Source: Macrostomum lignano (lineage: Eukaryota). From it: a DNA stretch of 64,000 bases. Under the pieces are notes generated by a model. It saw nothing but the letters and a program-made list of their open reading frames with translations. It did no database searches and was not told the DNA's origin. This document shows, in pieces, positions 12,586 through 25,600 of the stretch. The stretch lies in assembly GCA_002269645.1 (NCBI GenBank), contig NIVC01000868.1, positions 1 to 64,000 on the forward strand. Reading direction: 5' to 3'. Position numbers and translations under genes: made by a program. Position 1 is the stretch's first letter; each line of letters begins with the position of its first letter.

Positions 12586-13386
12586 TGCGATTAATTTGCA
12601 ACGGCTATTGATTGTTTTCTGTAAAAATTCTCGTGTCGTACCTGTAAATTAATTTGTAAAACTTTTCCAATGCATTCGATTCATTGCTGCAGAACTTAAC
12701 AACCCAGCTCCATGCACCCAAGCTTCGCTGAATTTTACATTCCACTCGCCACAATTTTTATTATCTCGGCTATCGACTACGCGCACACTCGAATACGTAA
12801 TTATTGATTTTATTCTCCCTGATGCTCGCTTGCTTGCTTTAATGTAAACTGTTCTGACTTTTATTCTCTTTTTCATCTGAATTTTTATTCACCTGGGAAA
12901 GATGTAGGCCGTACGCTACGCTCTCTGCCCCGCATTATTCATGACTCTCTTGCCTAAACTTGTTTACCAATTCTCGACCAATCACGCAACGCTTCACCCC
13001 ACCCCAATATCGACTAATATATATATTGAGCAACAACAGCAACAACAACAACAACAAACTACAGCAACCCTGGGGCAAGCCAATTATGTTTGGTTGCTGT
13101 CAAAATGCGCGCGCAAACGCAGATTTGCGCAGAATAGCGAGTCCGCGGGGGTCGGAGATTCAGCGTCTCTTAAAAGCAGGTCGACAAAACGCAGACTTCT
13201 CGCCTGAACAAGCCGCCGCGGCCCTTGAAGGGATAGCAGCAGCACGTCTTGAAGCGGCTCAGGGCAGTACTGCTCTGCCCGGATGACGTGGCCGGCCAGC
13301 TGTAGGCGCTGGATGCGCAGCAGCTGGCTGGGTCGGGAGAGCTGGGCTTGTCGGTATAACTCGTCATTGCTAGGTTTTTGTGCCTT

Positions 13387-14227
13387 GCCTGGGTTTTTGC
13401 AAATTCAAATAACTCTTACTGGAGCGGCTCCTCTTGTACGAGTAGTTTGCAGTCGTGTGGGTCTTGTAGTGTGTAGCGCTGTCTGACTTGGCTGAGATCT
13501 CTGGAGTCCTTAACTTCATCTGTGGGTAGACCAAAACGAGAGCGAATCAGACTTCTTGACGGTCCTCGAGCTCGGAATTAACAACAAAACGTGCGCCCTA
13601 ATGAACAATTGAAGTCTTTAAGTTTCTGTGATAGGTCCTCCTGAAGGTCGTCTTTTTCGTTCCGCCCGAAACGTAACGGATAACTCAATTAAATCAATAA
13701 ATCCTCTAGGAATATCCTAGGAGACAAGGAGGCCTTTCTCAAATGTATCGACAATGAACTGCTCTCGTATAACTCAATTAACCAACTTATTAACGCTTCC
13801 AATCAAAGAACTGAATCCGGTAAATGCTTACCAATTGGACAGGTGTGGTCCCTCAGAGATTGGTCTTCTTTGTTCCTTCAGAGTCTTCTTAGAGACCGCT
13901 CTGAGTTTGAATTTTTGACTCGGATTTTCACTTATATTTATAGCAAAATTTTGGAGAAAAAACGGTTTGGGATTGGGTATTTACGTAGGTCATTTATGTT
14001 TGATTAAGCTGTCATGTATGTTTGAGCATTACCATATATGGGGTTAAGCAAATACAGCTGTTGGAAACCGGTTCCTTGATCAAACAATGTTGATCCCATG
14101 TGGGGTTCTAAATCACTCTTTTTGCGCGTGATTCCTAAAATAGATATGACTCGTTCTAGAATAAATTGACTTTCTTAGAATATTACTCTAAGTAGAGCAT
14201 TGTGGTATGGTTTAATAACTATCTACA
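13387..14227. mobile_element. Second, diverged copy of the LTR family at 6140-7059
   Basis: Colinear similarity from TTCAAATAAC through GGTTTAATAACT(C/A)TCTACA. The left end diverges and no TSD was found. Confidence 0.75.
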
Positions 14228-14858
14228 CCTCGTACAAGAAGTAAAGCATACTTGTGGAACTTGGTATTGAAGCATTTGAATCTGGTAGCAATTTTCTTTA
14301 ACTAAATTTCTAATTATGCTTTTTTCAGCATGAAATTAGTTTCGTAAGTTTTTCAATTTCAGTATCGTGGAATTCCTAATTTAAGAAGTCAGATGACAGC
14401 TTATTATGACAGTAAATGAGCTTTGGTATCCACTCCAGATTGATATTTTTAGAACTCCTTTACAAGCACTTTTTAGCAATCCATGCGCATAGTCAGCTTG
14501 AAACGGTTATTGCGAGTTGCATTTTGAGCATCTCTGACTGAGTCAAGTGCATTAGAAGTCTGCTTGCCTGCTTCGCAGGTGCAAAGGGCCGAAAAATATA
14601 AAAAGTAAACACTAAAAAGCACAATTTCACTGCAATTATCTTATATTGGCCTTGTCAGAATGAAAGTAGGCAAAGTGAAGCGATAACACATTTATTAATT
14701 TTTCAACTACATGTAAATAACCGGTATAACATTTTAATTAGCCTATTCGTTTTCTAATCAGTACGCTAGATCGACTACAGCATTCGCATTCTGGTGCATA
14801 AACTACACGAGCATAGAGCATCAAGTTGCAGTCCCGTGGTTTTTAAAGCTTGAAGCGG

Positions 14859-15452
14859 TGTCTGTCAGCCCTGACTATGTAGTGTCACATAAGATCGATG
14901 CTTTTGTCTGTCAGCCCTGACTATGTAGTGTCACATAAGATCGATGCTTTTGTCTGTCAGCCCTGACTATGTAGTGTCACATAAGATCGATGCTTTTGTC
15001 TGTCAGCCCTGACTATGTAGTGTCACATAAGATCGATGCTTTTGTCTGTCAGCCCTGACTATGTAGTGTCACATAAGATCGATGCTTTTGTCTGTCAGCC
15101 CTGACTATGTAGTGTCACATAAGATCGATGCTTTTGTCTGTCAGCCCTGACTATGTAGTGTCACATAAGATCGATGCTTTTGTCTGTCAGCCCTGACTAT
15201 GTAGTGTCACATAAGATCGATGCTTTTGTCTGTCAGCCCTGACTATGTAGTGTCACATAAGATCGATGCTTTTGTCTGTCAGCCCTGACTATGTAGTGTC
15301 ACATAAGATCGATGCTTTTGTCTGTCAGCCCTGACTATGTAGTGTCACATAAGATCGATGCTTTTGTCTGTCAGCCCTGACTATGTAGTGTCACATAAGA
15401 TCGATGCTTTTGTCTGTCAGCCCTGACTATGTAGTGTCACATAAGATCGATG
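14859..15452. repeat. 46-bp minisatellite TGTCTGTCAGCCCTGACTATGTAGTGTCACATAAGATCGATGCTTT
   Basis: About 13 essentially identical units. Confidence 0.95.
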
Positions 15453-15671
15453 ATGCTTCTGTGTCAGTCAGAGACGTCGGTGCTTCATTAAGTTGATTTC
15501 GTGTCGGACAGTTGTTTTGTAAATGAGAATTATGCTGCAGATGCTGCATCAGAGAGAGCCGCCTGTTTCCAAGACTGAATGATGTTACACCGTAAAGTGT
15601 GGATGCTGTGCCAGACAGACAGTCAACCGAAAGTCATGCAGCTACGCAAGCAGTACGGCTTATTGCCAGAC

Positions 15672-16490
15672 TAATGCTGTATCAGACAGAGCTCTACCTG
15701 TTGTGAGAATAATGCTGTATCAGACAGAACTCTACCTGTTGTGAGAATAATGCTGTATCAGACAGAACTCTACCTGTTGTGAGAATAATGCTGTATCAGA
15801 CAGAGCTCTACCTGTTGTGAGAATAATGCTGTATCAGACAGAGCTCTACCTGTTGTGAGAATAATGCTGTATCAGACAGAACTCTACCTGTTGTGAGAAT
15901 AATGCTGTATCAGACAGAACTCTACCTGTTGTGAGAATAATGCTGTATCAGACAGAACTCTACCTGTTGTGAGAATAATGCTGTATCAGACAGAACTCTA
16001 CCTGTTGTGAGAATAATGCTGCATCAGAGAGCTCCTCCTGTTGTGAGAATAATGCTGTATGAAATAGAGCTCTGTTTGCTGTGAGAATAATGCTGTATCA
16101 GACAGAGCTCTACCTGCTGTGAGAATAATGCTGTATCAGATAGAGCTCTACCTGCTGTAAGTGAGAATGATGCTGTATCAGACAGAACTCTACCTGTTGT
16201 GAGAATAATGCTGTATGAGATAGAGCTCTGCTTGCTGTGAGAATAATGCTGTATGAGATAGAGCTCTACCTGCTGTGAGAATAATGCTGTATCAGATAGA
16301 GCTCTACCTGTTGTGAGAATAATGCTGTATCAGACAGAACTCTACCTGTTGTGAGAATAATGCTGTATCAGACAGAACTCTACCTGTTGTGAGAATAATG
16401 CTGTATGAGATAGAGCTCTGCTTGCTGTGAGAATAATGCTGTATGAGATAGAGCTCTACCTGCTGTAAGTGAGAATGATGCTGTATCAAA
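15672..16490. repeat. 38-bp minisatellite ATAATGCTGTATCAGACAGAACTCTACCTGTTGTGAGA downstream of RPB7
   Basis: About 21 units with variants. Confidence 0.93.
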
Positions 16491-16663
16491 CAACGCTGCT
16501 GATAATGCTACGCCAAGGTACATGCAACAAACGCACAATCAGTAGAATAACAGCTTCAGTGGCTACGCAAAAAACACGCACAATACAGCAAGCAGATTGG
16601 CAGCTACAGAGCAGCAACAGAAGCAGAAATGCAGCAGCAAAGGTACAGAAAATCCCGACCAGT

Positions 16664-19600
16664 TCAACTGAGCCCCAGAAAGTCGTCCATCAGAGTGCCC
16701 ACCCCGAAAATATCGTTGGCGTCGACCCGCATGCCCATGATGCGGATGCGGATGTCGTCATCCTCCTGGATGACGCTCTCCTCGTCCTCAGTCTTGTAAC
16801 ACGGCGGGTTGCTGGTTGGGTCGAATTTCATGTTGCCCGGGATGCTGTGCCGGGAGATGAAGACAGACAGCGGCCCTGCCTCGGTGAAGATCCCCACCTT
16901 GTTCACCTGAGTGACCACCGCGTCCAGCACCTCGCCTTTGAAGGGCCGGAACACCACGGCATTGTACTTGACGGGGTAGAGCACAAAGCCGCGGCCCGGT
17001 TGGATGATGCCGTCGCCGACGTGGGTGACGCGGCTCACGCAAACAATGAAGCCGTACCTGCGATTGGCAAGCGGTTTGAGCCCAACAAATGGCACTAAAG
17101 TTTACAGAAGCCAAGCAATACCAGCGCTGTGACAACCTACTTTCCATTGCAGGTACCTTCGACCTCAGAGTGCAGCTTCTTTGTAATAATCTGCTGGATT
17201 TCTGGCCCAAAGTAGCGTGGGTGCAGCAGAATTTCGTGTTCCAGAACAACCTGTGAGGCGGCAGCGATAGGGGACACTTTGTAAGGATTTATTCATAGTA
17301 TTCGGTTTCAATAATTCAAGACATATCAATAGAAAGGTTAAAGTCACGTGGTTAAAGAATGCAAATCATATTTATAAACATACATACCCAACCTCAAAAA
17401 CTGCAACACTATACAACATAGCACCACTGTTTAGTAACTTGCTTAGTATAAGTATATTGAATTTTTTATTTTTAAATAAATGATATCAAAACGAGCTTTT
17501 GTCAGGAAACAATTGTACCTTAACTATGTCAAATGGCACATAAAACATAGATATGAATAGAAAAATAATTGTCAATTAGCAACAGTTATGGCAGAGTTGT
17601 GGCACAATTGCAACTGTTCCTAATTGTTATTTTGTTCTATTTGGTGTTCTATTCAGTGTTCAAGGTGTTCTATTCAGCACTGCACAATAATATGCTAATT
17701 AGTATAATTGTGTTGTAACTATGCCAACTGAGCTAACTGTGCCAAAGGACAAAATAGAAATGTGCCAATTGGAATTGTAGTGGCATAGTTAGCAGGATTG
17801 TAGACTTTGCTAGGATAACTGTTTCTTACCAGGCTTATAATTGTAATCATATATGCCTAGCTTCAAAATTTCACTTGGCTATGCAACTTACTTTTTGACC
17901 AAAAATGCAACTTACTTATGAAAAAACCCTAAAACAAAAATTAGCATAATTTTAGATAAATAGAAAGAGTAACTATAATTGTATTATTAAGGCTAAATGT
18001 CTTGTTATCTAATTAGTATTACATCTATATTTTTGGGCGCTGGTTATTTGTCAGCTAGCATTTTGTCAAATGGTTGACAAAGTGACTATTTGGTAAGGGT
18101 AGCAGCATTTGCAATTCACAAAGTGACTTCATATTTAATTAAAGTTACTTTGACGCTAAATGTATTGTATATAAAAAACTGAGCATTATAAATTTATGAT
18201 TTATAAATTAAAGGTTAATATTCAATGATGTAGAAAATCCAAACATACATTTTAGTTATACATTTTGGAAACAACAATATGTGGTCAATGCAATATGTTG
18301 TACTTTGCTATAGTCAGGATCATGGCACTCCTGCGCCGGAACAAATCCTATCCAAAAAGTCTGCTTGCACCATGTCACAAAAATCTATATTTTATGTTTG
18401 AAAAATACCAGTAAAACTTTTATTCAAATTGGTTTTTATAGAAAATGCAATGTTAATATATTTTAATTTAAAAGACTGTCAATATACTAACAAACAAAAA
18501 AGTGCTAATAATAAGAAATTACAGGCTGATTTTCTATCTACAAAAATTCTCAATGAAAAATTTTGTCTAGTAGCAAATTGTGCCCATTGTTTTGTCTTAC
18601 ACTATACTATGCCAAATTTTTCCCTTGCTTACTATTGCACCTGAATGTGCCAGTGTGGCATAGATCTAAATCTTTTTTATGCTAGACTTTTCAGTGAAAA
18701 GGCCATCTTCTTGACTATAGGTAGTTTGAAATTAATTAACCTGCTTCATTCCAATAAGAAAGTTAAACAAAATAATTCTTGGCACAGATATAGCTATGAA
18801 CATATATATACAATACTGCACTACATATATTAGGGGGGGCCTAAGCCTACGTAATGCACAGTTGACAGTGACCACTATTTTAAAGTGCTATAATTGGAAA
18901 TTAACAAAATGACCATGTTTAGAGGTCAACTAATTGGCTAATTCACAAAATGACCTTAGGGCAATGGCTCCCCAGTTGATACCACATTCTGGATCATGTA
19001 ATATATGACCAAAAATTTGGGCATGCATTGGCCTTACACGTAGGGGTAAAAGTAGGGGCAATCTTTTGGATGGCAATCACCAAGTGAAGTGATCACCTTG
19101 AAAAATGTTTTGAATAAAATAAGTAAAGCTTGGAAGTTTTTAAAATGATGAGGCCTCCGCTTTAACTTCATACATAGTATAAAAAAAACTATTTAAAGAG
19201 AGAATTGAAAAGGTTACAAAGCAAAATGTATGCCAAGGAACCTATTTTAAGTTTGGTAGAGGATCTTTTTAATACTACTATTATATACAAAAGACTATTA
19301 ACTGAAAGTACAGTGCTTACATTTGAGGAATTGTTTGCTAGAAGAGTGGAAAAATGAAAAAATGTTACCTTTTCTTTTATAGTTTTGGAACACAATCATT
19401 TGTATACAAAATTTCTATTTAAATGATTGCTTTCTAAAACTGAATATATACAAGATGACTATTTAAGTGCTATAAAAAAGTATTATCATATACTCGTAGA
19501 AAATGTCCCTTTTTCTAATGTAGTTTTGGAATACAATCATTTGTATATAATAGTCTTATTTAAATGATTGCTTTCTGAAACTGAATAATTATAGGTAGAT

Positions 19601-22600
19601 TTTTTAAACTATATTAATTTTTAACTTTATAACATTGTAGTTTTTTCGGTTTGAATAGACAACAGAGACAAACTTCAATGGTAGAAATGATAGTCATCCA
19701 AAAGATTGCCAAAGTAGGCATGCACAATTGGCAGGCATCATTCTAGCATGAAAATGAAATGAAAATAGTATGGCATGAAAATAGTATGCATGCACACCAA
19801 TCTAGCATGTACCTTAAAAAATAATGCAGAAGAATTAGTGTTAAGTATAAAAAAAGATCATTTTTAAGCATAAATATCAAGCCTTCTAGTTATTTTAGCA
19901 TGTAATAAAGCATTTGAACAAATCTTTGCATGTATTGATTTGGCATTAAATAGGTCTAGTAAATGTAAAAAAGCAAAAATCAACCAATTTAGTCATCAAA
20001 AAGTTGTTTATGCAATCTAAAACAGCCTTTTATTGTTGCAACATAAAAAGGTCATTTATAGTTGCAACACCAGCATAGATTTAAGAATGTGAGAGTGTAC
20101 TCAAAAATGTTTGGCGTAGGCCTACATTTGTAATTAGGCCTATTTAATTTTTCTTTGGTATGCACCAAGCATGATCCAGACTATGAAGCTGACAATTAGA
20201 CTAGGATCCATGTTTTTTAGGTTAACACTCTTGCAACTTACCTTGGCCAAGCCTAGACCTCTTGCCACCTGGCCAAATTGGCCAAGCCATAGTCCAGGTG
20301 GCCTTTACACCAGAAAATTCTGGCATATTTTTGCTTTCAATAACAATCTTGGCATACACTTGGCATATAGAATTTTCAGGTTCAACATAAAGTATACATG
20401 TGCAGTATTTTGGCATACAAAAAATAGCCATGTCAGGGCTAATGTAATTGTGTAGTTAAATATCAACCACTATAAGCTCATTTAAAAATAATCAAAAACT
20501 AAAATACAAAACATTAATGAAATTTAAGAGAAAAGCAAAATTAAAACAATGAATATCAATTTTTAGCAAAAAAACACCATATAAAACAAAAAAAACTATT
20601 TTATTTATAATTAATATATATTCCTTAAAAATAGTATACAAGCAACTCTACCACATTCCAGATCATGTAGTATATGCCATAAAATTTAAGCATGCATTGG
20701 CCTTGCATGCCAGAAATAGGCATACACAGTTGGCATGCATCATTCTGGAGAAAATACATCTGGCATGCACTTTATAGAATCACGCAGAAGAGTTATTGAG
20801 AAGTAGAAAAAAAGGTTAAAAATTCTAATTTTTAAGTATAAATTTTACCACTTTACAGGTTTTTAAGCCTGTAATAATAGGGCATTTAAACAAATCTTTT
20901 CTATATACTAAAAATGAGTTGTCTGTATATGGGTAGGTATGCAATATATTTCACAAAAATGGCTCAACCAATTTTCTTCAAACTTGCACCATTCAATCAG
21001 AAATTTTCCTGGGACGGTACATGCATCTTGGCTAAGAAATTGCTCAATGTTAAAGGGATTAAATATTCGAAAAACATGCTTTTTGCAAAGGTCAAGCAGC
21101 TCTTTTGACCTGAAATGCATTGTAAGAATACTAAGAAAAAAACTAATTGACTGAATTCCAATTGTGATAAGGATTATTACATCACAATCAGTTGAAAACA
21201 GTGCCGAAGAAATGCACACAAAACTTGATTTAAATTGCATAACAATATTGCTTACTTAAATTGACACTGATACTGGCTGACTGAGAAATTGATTGTCATA
21301 ACTTTTTATTTTACTCTAACTGATTTGCTATAAGAATTTAATTATAAGGGCCACAATTCAAGTTCTCCAATTGACAAGAGATAGCATAGATGCGAACAGA
21401 CTGGACTGCTAATGCAGCGACCTGGGTTCAAATCTTAGTAGTGCAAAAAGATTTTTTTATTCAAAAACCTTAAAAACACAAAATGCTAAACACAAAAAAT
21501 GCACAATGTCAAACATTAAAGAGCCACCATGTCAAACATTAAAGAGCCATTATGTCTAACATTAAAGAGCCACCATGTAAAACATAAAAGAGCCACCATA
21601 TCAAACATATATGTGACTCCATGTCAAACAGTAGAGCCACCATGTCAAGCATAAAAGAGCCACAATGTCGAACATAAAAGAACCACCATCTCTAACATTA
21701 AAGAGCCACCATGTTGAACATAAAAGAGCCACCATGTTGAACATTAAAGAGCCACCATGTCGAACATTAAAGAGCCACCATGTCTAACATTAATGAGTCA
21801 CCATGTCAAGTATATTTGTGACTCTATGTCAAACAAAAAAGAGCCACCATGAAAAACATTAAAGAGCCATCATGTCTAACATTAAAGAGCCACCATGTCA
21901 AACATAAAAGAGTCACCATGTCAAACATAAAACAGCCACCATGTCAAACATAAAAGAGCCACTATGTCAAACATTAAAGAGACACCATGTCAGACATTAA
22001 AAAAACCCTAAATCAAACATAAGAGAGCCACCATGTAGAACATAAAAGAGCCACCATGTTAAACATTAAAGAGCCACTGTAACAAAGTCTGTGTGGCTTG
22101 CAGAGAGGAATCTTAGAGCCGGCCAAGCCAATCTCTCTCAATAAATACCAGTTTATTTTCCAGCCTGACTAGGCTGACCAATCAGCCGCTACCTCTGTCG
22201 TGTTCGCACTCCAGAGTACACACATGTGCAAGTACAATCCGAGAGAGAGAGAGAGAGAGAGAGACAGCCCCCCATCCCCCACTCTGCACAGAAAGCTAAA
22301 TGCAGTCACCACATTGTCACCACATGACAATGTGAGTATTAACGGCACAAGTGTTGAAATGGTGTTTGATACGGGTGCGGATGCCTCATTGATATCCAAA
22401 CACTCATTCAAACAACTGTCACAGAGGACAGATGTTATGCCAGCCGACAGAACATTTAAGGACTATCAGGGCTATGCAGTCCTGCTGTTTGGTAAGTCGA
22501 TCGTCACAGTGCAGTTCAACGGCATTACAACACAGCTTCCTATCTTCATTGTGGATCGGCCAGGAGCTCCGAACATCTATGGGCTTGAGTGGATGCACGC

Positions 22601-25600
22601 CCTTGAGCCGTACCTGAATATTTACCAGGTTACACATTTCGAAGCACATCTAGTTTTAAAGGACAAAGCCAGACCCATGTTTCTCAAGCCAAGACCTATA
22701 CCATACGGCATTCGAGAGAGTGTGAAACAGGAACTGGACCGCCTGGAAAGTGAAGGAATTCTGAAGAAGATTGATCAAAGCGAATGGGCAATGCCGATTG
22801 TGGTTGTGAGAAAGCAAAGTGGAAAAATACGCATATGCAGCGACTACAAGGTGACTGTCAACAAATCCCTATGCGATATGGTCTCAACCACCCCATGCAT
22901 TGAAGATGTGTTGAGCCAGTTGGGTGGAAGCAAGATCTTCTCTGTTCTCGATCTGATGAACACTTACCTACAGTTACCAGTAGACGATGCGTCTAGAAGC
23001 ATCCTAACCCTTTCGGGTTATATCAGCCCAAAGCCCTTGCTTATGGTGTCAAACAGGCACAGGCAATTTTTCAGGGATATATGGACAAGCTATTAGCTTT
23101 GGAGAAAAATGTGGTCAGCTACCAGGATGACATCCTCATATATGGAAAAACAGAACAGGAACACGACAACCAGATTAACTTTGTTACACGCATCCTACAG
23201 GAAAACAATGTCGTGGTTAACTATCAGAAAAGTGCACTCAAGTGCAGTAGAGTAAAGTTTCTGGGACTCGACATTGGCAGCGAAGGAATCTGTCCAGCAG
23301 AAGACAAGATGGAAGCCATACGGAGTTTAGCAGATCCAAGGTCTATCAAGGAGCTTAGATCATTCCTGGGCCTGGCAGAGTTTTACTCCAGATTTATAGA
23401 AAATCTATCTACCATCAAAGAGCCTCTAGCGAAGCTCGTTCGACAGGATGAAGAGTGGCGATGGGGACCCATGGAACAGTCTGCGTTCCAGCTAATCAAG
23501 ACTAGCATCTGTGAGTCGAAGGTCATTAAACCGTTTGATCAATCCGACTCAATTACAAGACTCAAAATGGACGCCTCTCCTTACAGTCTTGGAGCAGTGC
23601 TTGAACAATCCAAAGGACTGGTCATGTTTATATCGAAGACACTCAGTAAGCCAGAGTGTAACTATGCACAAATTGAGCGCGAGGCACTGGGAATCATCTG
23701 GGCTGTTAAGCATCTTCATAAATACTTGTATGCTTGAAAGTTTATACTAGTGACGGATCATCATCCACTGAAGTATATATTTGATCCAGCAAAGAGCCTC
23801 AACAGCCTGGCTAGTGCTAGAATTCAGCGATGGGTGATCTCACTGGCATCGTATGACTATACCGTGGAATGCCGTCGATCTAAGGAGATTCTAGTAGCTG
23901 ATGCACTTTCAAAATTGACATCTACGAGCACCAATAATGAGCAATTTGACGTCAGTACAGTTCAAGACACCGTACTCAACATGCCGGTGGATAAAAAAGA
24001 AATTCGCAGACAGTCGCTACAGGATCCAACAATGCGTAAGCTGTTTGCCCAAGTAAAACATGGATGGACGGTAAGGGGAAAGAATCAGTTGCCAGAATTT
24101 TCCTGGCTACAAAGCAAGTTCTCCATTGAAGATGGAATCTTGTATCGGGGAATTAGAACTATTATCCCCACTGTACTTCGTGATCAAGTGCTACAAACGC
24201 TTCACGATGGGCATTTAGGAGCGGAGAAAATGAAATCTATTGCCCGACAGTGCATATGGTGGCCATCAGTGGATGTGGACATTCAGCAGCGGGCAAAGGC
24301 ATGCAAGGACTGCCAGCAGCAAAAAGATCATGCGAAGAGCGAATGGATTCCATGGCCACAGGAAACCGAGAAGTGGAGCCGAGTCTATATAGACCTATGC
24401 TGGTCCATTTAATAATGGAAAATCTATCTTCTAATCTAAATATACTAAAAATGAGTTGTCTGTATGTATGTGGGTAGGTATGCGATAGATTTCAGAAAAA
24501 ATGGCTCAACCGATTTTCTTCAAACTTGCACCATTCGATCAGAAATTTTCCTGGGACGGTACATGCATCTTGGCTAAGAAATTGCTCAATGTTAAAGGGA
24601 TTAAATATTCGAAAAACATGCTTTTTGCAAAGGTCAAGCAGCTCTTTTGACCTGAAATGCATTGTAAGAATACTAAGAAAAAAACTAATTGACTGAATTC
24701 CAATTGTGATAAGGATTATTACATCACAATCAGTTGAAAACAGTGCCGAAGAAATGCACACAAAACTTGATTTAAATTGCATAACAATATTGCTTACTTA
24801 AATTGACACTGATACTGGCTGACTGAGAAATTGATTGTCATAACTTTTTACTTTACTCTAACTGATTTGCTATAAGAATTTAATTATAAGGGCCACAATT
24901 CAAGTTCTCCAATTGACAAGAGATAGCATAGATGCGAACAGACTGGACTGCTAATGCAGCGACCTGGGTTCAAATCTTAGTAGTGCAAAAAGATTTTTTT
25001 ATTCAAAAACCTTAAAAACACAAAATGCTAAACACAAAAAATGCACAATGTCAAACATTAAAGAGCCACCATGTCAAACATTAAAGAGCCATTATGTCTA
25101 ACATTAAAGAGCCACCATGTAAAACATAAAAGAGCCACCATATCAAACATATATGTGACTCCATGTCAAACAGTAGAGCCACCATGTCAAGCATAAAAGA
25201 GCCACAATGTCGAACATAAAAGAACCACCATCTCTAACATTAAAGAGCCACCATGTTGAACATAAAAGAGCCACCATGTTGAACATTAAAGAGCCACCAT
25301 GTCGAACATTAAAGAGCCACCATGTCTAACATTAATGAGTCACCATGTCAAGTATATTTGTGACTCTATGTCAAACAAAAAAGAGCCACCATGAAAAACA
25401 TTAAAGAGCCATCATGTCTAACATTAAAGAGCCACCATGTCAAACATAAAAGAGTCACCATGTCAAACATAAAACAGCCACCATGTCAAACATAAAAGAG
25501 CCACTATGTCAAACATTAAAGAGACACCATGTCAGACATTAAAAAAACCCTAAATCAAACATAAGAGAGCCACCATGTAGAACATAAAAGAGCCACCATG

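Larger units (their letters stand above)
10479..13063 (+). mobile_element. Internally deleted Ty3/Gypsy (Mag-like) LTR retrotransposon: LTR-gag-protease-LTR
   Basis: 5' LTR TGTAGG...CAAACA (10479-10636) followed by TGG PBS-like site. A related 3' LTR starts TGTAGG at 12903 and ends about 13063. No RT/RNaseH/IN, and no matching TSD. Confidence 0.8.

Noticed and set aside
8639-16490. Regular arrays as CRISPR-like loci
   Set aside because: Units are contiguous with no unique spacers, there are no cas genes, and the context is eukaryotic.
20908-21240. Recurrent minus-strand ORFs in Helitron bodies (also 24492, 29497, 34263) as Rep/helicase
   Set aside because: Short, no HUH or helicase motifs, and frames are not conserved between copies.
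21378-21458. Bona fide tRNA-Ser gene
   Set aside because: No convincing acceptor stem or long variable arm, a mismatched anticodon stem, and it is embedded in repeated Helitrons. Kept as a tRNA-derived cassette.
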